Below are positions 50,858 through 57,927 of a stretch of DNA of 57,927 bases, in pieces; the first letter of the stretch is position 1; the number at the start of each line of letters is the position of its first letter. The DNA lies in the NCBI GenBank assembly GCA_014859215.1, contig JACUUS010000002.1, positions 1 through 57,927 on the forward strand, written 5' to 3'. The notes beneath the pieces were generated by a model. That model did no database searches. It saw only the letters and a program-made list of their open reading frames with translations, and had not been told where the DNA came from. The stretch is from Dehalococcoidia bacterium (GTDB taxonomy: Bacteria; Chloroflexota; Dehalococcoidia; SZUA-161). A program made the position numbers and the translations under genes.

Positions 50858-52039
50858 CTAAACTCCTTTGACAGGCTCTTTTATTCTGATTTCTTCATCG
50901 GTGAGATAACAGGCGGGGTCTTCAGCCCAGACATCACCAAATACCGCTTCGGCGCGCACTCGGAGATTGCCGTTGCAGAGGTCAATGTATCCGCATCGGG
51001 AGCACCGGCCCCGGAGCAGACCCTTTCTGGTTTTGAGGCCGCGCATCAAAGGGTCTCGGGTGTCGAGCCAGATGTCGCCGAACTTGCGCTCACGTACGTT
51101 GCCGAATGAATAGTGCCACCAGAACTGGTCTGCGTGGACATCCCCGATGTCATCCACCGCCGAGATCCTGATGCCCGAATTGTTTCCGCCGTTCATGCGG
51201 AGAAGCTCAAGGACTTCAGCAGCTCGACGCGGCTGTTCCCTCAGAACTTTCTGATAGATATAAATGCCGTCTGCGTGATTATCCACGGTAAGGACTTCCT
51301 TGAAGATGCCCCTCCGGTACAAGTCCAGCGTCCGATCACAGATAAGGTCGATTGTCGCTCGGGTTTCCGCATGGCTCAGCCGGCGTTCATGCATCTTACC
51401 GGCGCGTCCCACGAAGGCAAGGTGATAGAAACACACACGCTCGATGTTCTCCTGCTCTATGAGATCGAATATAGCCGGTATGCTTGTCAGATTGTAAGGC
51501 GTGATGGTGAACCTCAGCGACAGCTTCTGGCCGCGTGCTTTGCACCGGCGCACTGCGGCAAGTGCCGCTTTATAAGCGCCCGCCACTCCCCTGAACCTGT
51601 CGTTATCGGTGCTGGAGCCATCCAGGCTGATGCCTACCTCACTGAAACCTGTTTGTGCTATGCGATCCGCGAGTTTATCGTCTATCAAGGTGCCGTTCGT
51701 CGACAGCACAGCTCGAACACCGAGTCCACGAGCAAAGGCCGCGAGATCAAATATGTCCTCCCTGAGAAGGGGTTCCCCGCCGGAGAACAAGAGGACCGGG
51801 ACGTCGAAGGCGCGAAGGTCATTGATGAAGCCCTTTGCTTCTTCGGAACTGAGCTCCGGGCGAGTTATGTCCGGGCCGGCGCTCGCGTAGCAGTGCATGC
51901 AGTGTAAGTTGCAGCGCCTGGTGCAGTTCCAAACAACGATCGGGCGGGGTTCTTGAGACGCGGGGCATTCGACAGGCCGATACCGTAGGGCATCACCCGA
52001 TGAGGAAACGCCGCAAAGGAGCCTGGACACAGATATCAT
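50858..52039 (-). CDS. ahbC: radical SAM protein, AhbC-like (Fe-coproporphyrin III synthase candidate)
   Basis: TRRCNLHCMHC cluster motif and partial C-terminal Cys motif CSRCGYIDLC. The AhbC versus AhbD assignment is tentative. Confidence 0.6.
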   Translation of the reverse strand: MISVSRLLCGVSSSGDALRYRPVECPASQEPRPIVVWNCTRRCNLHCMHCYASAGPDITRPELSSEEAKGFINDLRAFDVPVLLFSGGEPLLREDIFDLAAFARGLGVRAVLSTNGTLIDDKLADRIAQTGFSEVGISLDGSSTDNDRFRGVAGAYKAALAAVRRCKARGQKLSLRFTITPYNLTSIPAIFDLIEQENIERVCFYHLAFVGRAGKMHERRLSHAETRATIDLICDRTLDLYRRGIFKEVLTVDNHADGIYIYQKVLREQPRRAAEVLELLRMNGGNNSGIRISAVDDIGDVHADQFWWHYSFGNVRERKFGDIWLDTRDPLMRGLKTRKGLLRGRCSRCGYIDLCNGNLRVRAEAVFGDVWAEDPACYLTDEEIRIKEPVKGV

Positions 52040-52125
52040 AGTTCCTCTCTTGGATGCCTGGCTATCGGCTGTGTTGCTCTCGCGGGTGCATCGGGGTAAG
52101 TCCGGGCAAGCGCATTTCTGGCACG

Positions 52126-52509
52126 TTAAGAGTGTTTGATGGCACCCAGGATTTCGTAGGGTCCATTTGATGCTACGGTGTAGCCGGTGATTTTGAAGGG
52201 GAATGTGCGTCCGTCATCCAGGACCAGGGCGAGAGCGCCTGATGCGCCTTCGGCAGCTTGAACGTTGCCTTCCAGAACTGAGATCTTGCCGCTGATGAAC
52301 TTACGGGCTAAACTCGCTTTATCACCGACAAAAGAAGTGGCGAGAATCCTCTCCACCTCTATGCTCAGATCATACTCAACCTTCGCGATGCGTTTGCCGT
52401 TTTGGAGGATTTCTCCTGTTCCGCCGGGAGTCTCGAGTACCTTGTGTAGCCGTCGCAGCACGTATGATCTCCGCCAGGCAAAAAGCCTTATCTCAGGCTT
52501 GCCGTCCAT
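52126..52509 (-). CDS. hypothetical protein (111-127 aa), first gene of the Ahb/hem transcription unit
   Basis: Balanced, beta-rich composition and no recognisable motif. The likely start is GTG 52461 (GGAG RBS 7 nt upstream), because the TATAAT box sits only 3 nt before ATG 52509. Confidence 0.5.
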   Translation of the reverse strand: MDGKPEIRLFAWRRSYVLRRLHKVLETPGGTGEILQNGKRIAKVEYDLSIEVERILATSFVGDKASLARKFISGKISVLEGNVQAAEGASGALALVLDDGRTFPFKITGYTVASNGPYEILGAIKHS

Positions 52510-52512
52510 TTC

Positions 52513-52541
52513 ATTATATACGTGTAAGCGAAATAGCTCAA
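52513..52541 (-). promoter_or_regulatory. promoter TTGAGC-N17-TATAAT
   Basis: Perfect -10 box and a 17-nt spacer on the minus strand, between the folE stop and the hypothetical gene. Confidence 0.5.
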
Positions 52542-52580
52542 GAACGGGTCAGGTTCCGGCGCCGCCCGGATTAAGAGCGG

Positions 52581-53216
52581 TTATTCTCTGTGCCTTCCCT
52601 GGATAAGGGAGAAGAACTCCGCGCGGGTAGCCGCGCTGCGCCTGAAGCTACCCCTGTTGGCGGAGGTAACAATGTTACTACCAGGCTTCTTGATCCCTCG
52701 CATGGTCATGCAAAGATGCTCTGCCTGAATGACGACGGCGACACCCTGCGGTTGCAGTACGTCCATGATCGTATCCGCTATCTGGCTTGTCAGGCGTTCC
52801 TGCAGTTGGGGCCGCCTGGCCAGAATTTCGACAACCCGGGCCATTTTGCTGGCTCCGACTACCCGTCCGCTGGGGATGTAGCCTACGTGGGCCATACCGT
52901 AGAACGGGAGGAAGTGGTGCTCACACATGGAGTAGAAGGGTATGTCCTTGAAGACGATCATTTCGCGATGGTCTTCTTCAAAGCCTACCTGGAGCTCGAG
53001 TTTTGGGTCAGTGAACAGGCCGGAAAACACTTCCTCATACATATCGGCTATGCGCCTGGGGGTATCGATCAGGCCTTCGCGATTCGGGTCTTCACCGACT
53101 GCCTCGATTATCGAGATCACTGCCTCCTGGATCTTGACCTTGTCAATGATCAGGCCGGCAACCTGTGGAAGATAGTTGATGTGCTTAGAATCCGCCAATT
53201 GCCTTCTCCAGAGCAT
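52581..53216 (-). CDS. folE: GTP cyclohydrolase I
   Basis: [14 protein letters not shown] and [18 protein letters not shown] motifs. The start overlaps the thrC 3-prime end by 32 nt. Confidence 0.92.
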   Translation of the reverse strand: MLWRRQLADSKHINYLPQVAGLIIDKVKIQEAVISIIEAVGEDPNREGLIDTPRRIADMYEEVFSGLFTDPKLELQVGFEEDHREMIVFKDIPFYSMCEHHFLPFYGMAHVGYIPSGRVVGASKMARVVEILARRPQLQERLTSQIADTIMDVLQPQGVAVVIQAEHLCMTMRGIKKPGSNIVTSANRGSFRRSAATRAEFFSLIQGRHRE

Positions 53217-54240
53217 CTAGATTAGCGGGCAACTCAAACGGCTGCCGCGCGTTCCGGATAGCCGTATCGGGGTCCTTTAGACCCGATCCGGTTACTATAC
53301 ACACGATTTGTTTGCTGGAAAAATCATGACCGTTTTTCGACATCTTAATGAGCCCCGCTACGGACGCGGCGGAAGCAGGTTCCCCGAAGATTCCCTCCCT
53401 GGATCCTAGAAGCTGGTATGCCTCAAGAATTTCGGCGTCCGTGACGATGTCGATGATACCGCCTGATTCATCCCGCGCCGCAACGGCCTTCTGCCAGCTC
53501 GCCGGATTGCCGATGCGGATGGCTGAGGCGAAGGTAGTAGGATCGGGTATCGGCTTGCCCTTCACAATCGCTGCGGAGCCTTCCGCCTCGAATCCCATCA
53601 TCCTCGGAGTTTTGCCGGCTTTTCCCGCCCGTTTGTAATCCAGAAAGCCTTTCCAGTATGCCGTTATGTTCCCGGCGTTCCCAACCGGAATGAAAAGGCA
53701 GTCTGGAGCATCTCCCAGGGTGTCGATGATCTCGAAGGCCGCGGTTTTCTGACCCTCGATACGGTGCGGGTTGAGCGAGTTCACAAGGATAATTGGATGC
53801 CTGTCAGTAATAGCTCTGACCAGCTCCAGAGCCCTGTCAAAATTGCCGTCGATGGCGAGAATCTCAGCGCCGTAGATCATTGCCTGTGCGAGCTTGCCGA
53901 GGGCGATATTGCCTCGAGGCACAACGACAAGTACCTTGAGACCGAAAATCGCCCCGTAAGCCGCGGCTGAAGCGCTCGTATTACCTGTGGATGCGCATAT
54001 GATGGCCCTGTTTCGTTCCTCTGTCGCCTTTGCAACTGCTACTACCATACCCCGGTCCTTAAAGGAGCCGGTAGGATTGCAGCCTTCGAGTTTGAAGTAG
54101 AGTGCGCCGCATCCAGTTTGACCCTCAAGGAATTTCGATCTTACAAGGGGAGTATCGCCTTCACCAATGCTAATGATGGGGGTGCTATTCGTTAGCGGGA
54201 GGTACTCCCGGTATTTTTCCAGGAGGCATTTTGACTTCAT
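53185..54240 (-). CDS. thrC: threonine synthase
   Basis: Start trimmed to ATG 54240 ([15 protein letters not shown]). PLP-lysine motif [10 protein letters not shown]. Confidence 0.9.
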   Translation of the reverse strand: MKSKCLLEKYREYLPLTNSTPIISIGEGDTPLVRSKFLEGQTGCGALYFKLEGCNPTGSFKDRGMVVAVAKATEERNRAIICASTGNTSASAAAYGAIFGLKVLVVVPRGNIALGKLAQAMIYGAEILAIDGNFDRALELVRAITDRHPIILVNSLNPHRIEGQKTAAFEIIDTLGDAPDCLFIPVGNAGNITAYWKGFLDYKRAGKAGKTPRMMGFEAEGSAAIVKGKPIPDPTTFASAIRIGNPASWQKAVAARDESGGIIDIVTDAEILEAYQLLGSREGIFGEPASAASVAGLIKMSKNGHDFSSKQIVCIVTGSGLKDPDTAIRNARQPFELPANLDALEKAIGGF

Positions 54241-54247
54241 GGAACAC

Positions 54248-55540
54248 TCAACCCTCAACCCTGATGAGGTTGCTGACTTCTCTAACCACGGGCAGTGCTC
54301 TTGTTTCCTGGAGTGCTTGCCGGACTGCCGATTCAAGGGCGGGATGGGTCATAATCATGATTTCGGCGCTCTGGGAACACTCATCTGCCCCTTTCTGAAT
54401 TACGGAAGCGATGCTGATCGAATGGTCTCCCAGAATTCGCGAGATCTGCGCGAGCACACCGGGATGATCGTCTATCGTCATACGCATGTAGTAACGCGTC
54501 TGTATTTGCTCTATTGGCATGATATTCTTGGAGGAGGAGAATAATACTTGCGGCTTTGGCCTGAGACCCAGCCGGACATTCTGGGCAATGTGGACCACGT
54601 CAGCGATAACGGCGCTCGCAGTAGGTAAGGCACCAGCTCCGCGTCCGTAGAAGATCACTGGGCCGGTGAGGTCTCCCTCGACCTGTATTGCGTTGAACAC
54701 GCCCCCGACTTTGGCGAGCAGGAGGTTCTCAGGGATGAAAGCGGGATGCACACGGACCTCGATGGCGTCGTTCTCTTCCTTTGCTATCGCAAGTAGTTTG
54801 ATGGCATAGCCAAGCTCTCTGGCATAGCGAAAATCACGTGCGCTAAGCCTGGAAATGCCCTCGTGGTAGATGTTTTCCGGCCGGATCTCGGTGCGGAACG
54901 CCAGTGTTGCGAGTATGGCGAGCTTGTACGCAGCATCGATGCCTTCAACATCATTGGCAGGATCAGGTTCGGCGTAGCCCAGGCGTTGGGCTTCGCCAAG
55001 GGCTGCGGCAAAGTCCATGTTGTCTTCTGCCATCCTGGTTACGATGTAGTTGGTAGTCCCGTTGATAATGGCCAGAATGGCGGATATCCTGTTCGCTGCG
55101 AGGTCCTCCTTGAATGGATTTATCAGGGGTATTCCACCGCCGACGCTCGCTTCGTGACGGATATCCAGGCCCTGGCGCGCGGCGAGCCGCATGAGCTCGG
55201 CGCCATGTTTGGCGATGACCTCTTTGTTGGCGGTAACAATATGCTTGCCGCCAAGCAAGCCCTGTCTCATGAAATCGAAAGCATCCGTTTCTCCGCCTAT
55301 TACTTCCATGAGGATGTCTATATCGGGATCGTTCAGAAGTTCCCGGAAGTCTGAGGTAAGAATGCGCGTCGGAGTGGCGGGCGGCCTTTGTTTGCCGAGA
55401 TCGCGAACGAGAATTTTCTTCAGGACGAGAGGGCAATCTACACGGCGGGCCAATTCTTCGGCCTTCTGGGTCAAGACCTCAAGTACTCCGCCACCGACGG
55501 TCCCGAGGCCCATGAGACCCAGTCCGATGCTGTCTTTCAC
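54248..55540 (-). CDS. hom: homoserine dehydrogenase with C-terminal ACT domain
   Basis: GLMGLGTVGGGV Rossmann fold and a C-terminal ACT-like region. 430 aa. Confidence 0.9.
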   Translation of the reverse strand: MKDSIGLGLMGLGTVGGGVLEVLTQKAEELARRVDCPLVLKKILVRDLGKQRPPATPTRILTSDFRELLNDPDIDILMEVIGGETDAFDFMRQGLLGGKHIVTANKEVIAKHGAELMRLAARQGLDIRHEASVGGGIPLINPFKEDLAANRISAILAIINGTTNYIVTRMAEDNMDFAAALGEAQRLGYAEPDPANDVEGIDAAYKLAILATLAFRTEIRPENIYHEGISRLSARDFRYARELGYAIKLLAIAKEENDAIEVRVHPAFIPENLLLAKVGGVFNAIQVEGDLTGPVIFYGRGAGALPTASAVIADVVHIAQNVRLGLRPKPQVLFSSSKNIMPIEQIQTRYYMRMTIDDHPGVLAQISRILGDHSISIASVIQKGADECSQSAEIMIMTHPALESAVRQALQETRALPVVREVSNLIRVEG

Positions 55541-55562
55541 GATATAAACCGCCTACGTCATG

Positions 55563-56552
55563 CTACCTGGATGCCTGTCGTACGGCCCACGAAATCTTTG
55601 CCTGGTCGATATATTCCGTTACGTTAGCAGACTCTCTCTGCTTCAGTATCCATTTCTCAAACAGGCCTGCCGCGAGTGAATTTCGGTCTTCATCCTCGAG
55701 AGGCCTGCTCTCGTCTCTATCGGATATCCTGACCAGGCAGTAGCCCTGCGACATCTTCAGAGGTTCCGAGATGTTGCCAACCTCCAGGTCGAAGACTTCT
55801 TCGTCCAGCTCAGTGTAGATGCCTCTGGGAATCCAGCCCATATCACCTTTCCTGTCCCTGACGTCTTCAAAGATTGAGTGCTCTTCGGAAAGAGCTGCAA
55901 AATCTTCACCGTCAAGGATCTTCTCACGGAGCTCGGTCGCGTTTCCTTCGTTGGCCACCACTATGAGGTGCATATAGACCTGCTCGGCTTCTGCCGGCAC
56001 CTCGGTTTGTTTGAAATGTTCTCGTATTTTTTCGCGAAGGAGGATAGTCTTTACAATACCCCTGTATTCACTCTCTGATAGGCCGGACCCGTCAAGCCAC
56101 TCTCTGTAAGCCTTCTCGAAGTCAGTGGAGGGCTGAGTCTGGTTGCCCTCCCCGGAGGGCTGGAAATAGCTCTTTATCTCGTCTGTGATCTCCTGCTCGG
56201 TGACCTCGATACCCAGTTCAGGAGCCCCCTGCTTCACAAGTTCGTCATCCTGCAGCATCTGCAGCACCTGATACGGGAGTGTTGGGTCGGGACCAAGCTC
56301 GGCGATCCGGTAGAATCGAAGCATCTTGACATAATAGTTCATGTCTATGGTTGTATCATTCACCCTCACGACGGGCTCGCGCCACCTGGCGATGTTGGTA
56401 TCATAAGCCCAGAATGTGACCAGGCCGATGACCACGGCGAGGACGACGGGTATTGATATCCAGAGGAAAAGACTAACGTTGCGATCAGTCTGCCAGCGTG
56501 GAGGTTTGCTGGCAACAGGACGGATGGGTTTAGGTCTGAGCTTCTTGGTCAA
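55563..56552 (-). CDS. membrane-anchored parvulin-type peptidyl-prolyl isomerase (SurA/PrsA-like)
   Basis: N-terminal TM anchor. Parvulin core ILDGEDFAALSEEHS...GDMGWIPRG. Confidence 0.8.
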   Translation of the reverse strand: MTKKLRPKPIRPVASKPPRWQTDRNVSLFLWISIPVVLAVVIGLVTFWAYDTNIARWREPVVRVNDTTIDMNYYVKMLRFYRIAELGPDPTLPYQVLQMLQDDELVKQGAPELGIEVTEQEITDEIKSYFQPSGEGNQTQPSTDFEKAYREWLDGSGLSESEYRGIVKTILLREKIREHFKQTEVPAEAEQVYMHLIVVANEGNATELREKILDGEDFAALSEEHSIFEDVRDRKGDMGWIPRGIYTELDEEVFDLEVGNISEPLKMSQGYCLVRISDRDESRPLEDEDRNSLAAGLFEKWILKQRESANVTEYIDQAKISWAVRQASR

Positions 56553-56597
56553 ACGAGAACTCTCCTGGAAAAGACAGGTCGCACTGAACGAGAGGCG

Positions 56598-57068
56598 CTA
56601 TTCTGCCGTTTCTCTCGCGGGTACACTGCCGGTCTCTTCGGGAGCGGGGGCGCCGGCTTCTCTGGCAGGCGGCGCACTGCTCTCTTTTGGAGCATGGCCA
56701 GCCGAATCTCTGGGAGGGCCTGATAGCCTGTGGGCATGCCCGCTTTCTCTAGGAGCGAAACCTCCCATTTCTCGCGGAATGAGTCCGCCGCTCAGGCGAA
56801 TGTGTTCCGCTGTGTAAGGCAACAGAGCCAGATGGCGTGCGCGTTTCAGTGCGACACTGAGAGCGCGCTGGTGCTTCGGGCAGACGCCGGTTTTCCTGCG
56901 GGGTTCTATCCTGCCCCTGTCAGATATGTACCTTCGCAGCGCGATAACGTTCTTGTAATCTATGAGCTTGACCTTGTTGGCACAGAAAGAACAAACCTTT
57001 CGTCGTGGAAAGAATCTGCCTTTGTGGTTCTTCCTAGGTCGGGTTCCTGGTCTGCGTATTGGTGGCAT
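56598..57068 (-). CDS. rpsR: 30S ribosomal protein S18 with a 66-aa C-terminal extension
   Basis: Canonical core [62 protein letters not shown], followed by a low-complexity tail. Confidence 0.9.
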   Translation of the reverse strand: MPPIRRPGTRPRKNHKGRFFPRRKVCSFCANKVKLIDYKNVIALRRYISDRGRIEPRRKTGVCPKHQRALSVALKRARHLALLPYTAEHIRLSGGLIPREMGGFAPRESGHAHRLSGPPRDSAGHAPKESSAPPAREAGAPAPEETGSVPARETAE

Positions 57069-57106
57069 TCAATATCTCACTGTCTAGAAAAATTTGCGTG
57101 GCATGT

Positions 57107-57514
57107 TTAGAAAGGAATATCTCCGGGTTCCAGGTCCTCTTCCGCGCCAGCCTCGTAACCCGCCTCCGGCTGGCTTCCTACTGGCCGTCTATCGAGGAAT
57201 AGCACTCTATTAGCTATGATTTCAACGCGTGTATGCCGCTGGCCGTCCTGCCCTTCCCAGGAGCGGGTGCGCAGCCTGCCTTCGACATAAGCTTTCTGGC
57301 CTTTGGTGAGAAACTGGTTACAGTTCTCTGCAAGTCTGTTCCAGGTAACCACGTCAAACCATTCGGTCTCCTGTTTTCGCTCACCGTCCGGAGAAGTATA
57401 GTTCCTGCTTGTCGCCATTCGAAATGACGTAACCGGGCTGCCATTGGGGGTGAATCGCATCTCGGGATCGGTTCCTACGTTGCCAATAATAATGATCTTG
57501 TTCAGCCCCACCAT
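57107..57514 (-). CDS. ssb: single-stranded DNA-binding protein
   Basis: OB fold NKIIIIGNVGTDPEMRFT and acidic C-terminal tip DIPF. Confidence 0.93.
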   Translation of the reverse strand: MVGLNKIIIIGNVGTDPEMRFTPNGSPVTSFRMATSRNYTSPDGERKQETEWFDVVTWNRLAENCNQFLTKGQKAYVEGRLRTRSWEGQDGQRHTRVEIIANRVLFLDRRPVGSQPEAGYEAGAEEDLEPGDIPF

Positions 57515-57537
57515 TGTGCCGACTCCTTTCCCCTTCT

Positions 57538-57825
57538 CTAGCTTGTCGTTCGAACTAAGAGATGACGCAGGATCTTCTCTGAGATTTGCAGATTCGACTC
57601 GAGTTCCCGAGTTGTTCGTGGCTCGAGCTTAAGCCGGCTCAATACGTAGTTTCCTTCCCGGAAGCGGTCTATAGGATACGCCAGTTTTCTCTTTCCCCAA
57701 CGGTCCACTTCGTCTACCGTGCCGCCTCTGGAAGTAACGAAATCGTTGATCTTGTCCACCAGAGCGGGGACTTCATCCTCGGCTACGTCGGGGCTTATGA
57801 TGTAAATCAGTTCGTAATCGCGCAA
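57538..57825 (-). CDS. rpsF: 30S ribosomal protein S6
   Basis: TTG start after GGGGTGA. MRDYELIYII and WGKRKLAYPI motifs. Confidence 0.93.
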   Translation of the reverse strand: MRDYELIYIISPDVAEDEVPALVDKINDFVTSRGGTVDEVDRWGKRKLAYPIDRFREGNYVLSRLKLEPRTTRELESNLQISEKILRHLLVRTTS

Positions 57826-57885
57826 GTGGTCACCCCTCTAATCACTGCTGGCCAGGTTCTACAAGAGTTCCGGCCAAGGTTTTCA

Positions 57886-57914
57886 ATTATATCACGCGAG
57901 AAAGCTAACGGCAA
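57886..57914 (-). promoter_or_regulatory. promoter TTGCCG-N17-TATAAT for rpsF-ssb-rpsR
   Basis: Perfect -10 box and a 17-nt spacer, about 60 nt upstream of the rpsF start. Confidence 0.5.
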
Positions 57915-57927
57915 GTCACTGTCAGTT

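Noticed and set aside
52590-53225. A 211-aa plus-strand ORF that almost exactly mirrors folE (52581..53216, also 211 aa).
   Set aside because: The minus-strand product has textbook GTP cyclohydrolase I motifs ([16 protein letters not shown]). The mirror ORF has no recognisable features. Stop-free antisense frames are a known by-product of codon bias.

Overview
This is a gene-dense bacterial chromosomal window of about 58 kb at roughly 55% GC. About 60 protein genes can be named from sequence motifs. Protein signatures (GroEL, remA-gmk, atpZ-led F1Fo operon, TIGR03960-like radical SAM) feel Chloroflexota-like, but that placement is only a guess. I found no rRNA, tRNA, CRISPR array, transposase, integrase or phage gene. 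The window looks like core genome, not an accessory island.

Gene content in order:
- An inositol-lipid cluster: ino1, a PimA-like GT4 and a CDP-alcohol phosphatidyltransferase.
- A solute-binding protein coupled to a membrane-anchored MA-clan peptidase.
- prfB with its programmed +1 frameshift, then nfi and two CvpA paralogs.
- EtfBA pair 1, then tyrA-aroA-remA-gmk and an APC permease.
- A complete atpZ-B-E-F-H-A-G-D-C operon, then uvrB.
- A polyprenyl-phosphate-related block: a VTT/DedA-like protein, a PAP2 phosphatase and a GT2-GtrA fusion.
- ilvE, a geranylgeranyl reductase, an M16 peptidase, and groES-groEL behind a perfect CIRCE operator.
- A 20-kb run of genes all on the minus strand: rpsF-ssb-rpsR, ppiC, hom-thrC-folE, an unknown protein, a complete siroheme-dependent (Ahb) haem pathway, an enoate-reductase-like flavo-FeS enzyme and EtfAB pair 2.

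I did not find an unmistakable new system. The best candidates for follow-up are:
1. The reductase plus its private ETF pair.
2. The unknown protein that heads the Ahb/hem cluster behind a consensus promoter.
3. An unannotated 47-aa arginine-rich ORF between uvrB and the atp promoter.
4. An actinobacterial-style PI/PIM gene trio.
5. A repetitive 66-aa tail on ribosomal protein S18.
6. Several apparently leaderless genes.

All family assignments rest on motif recognition and recall, not on database searches.
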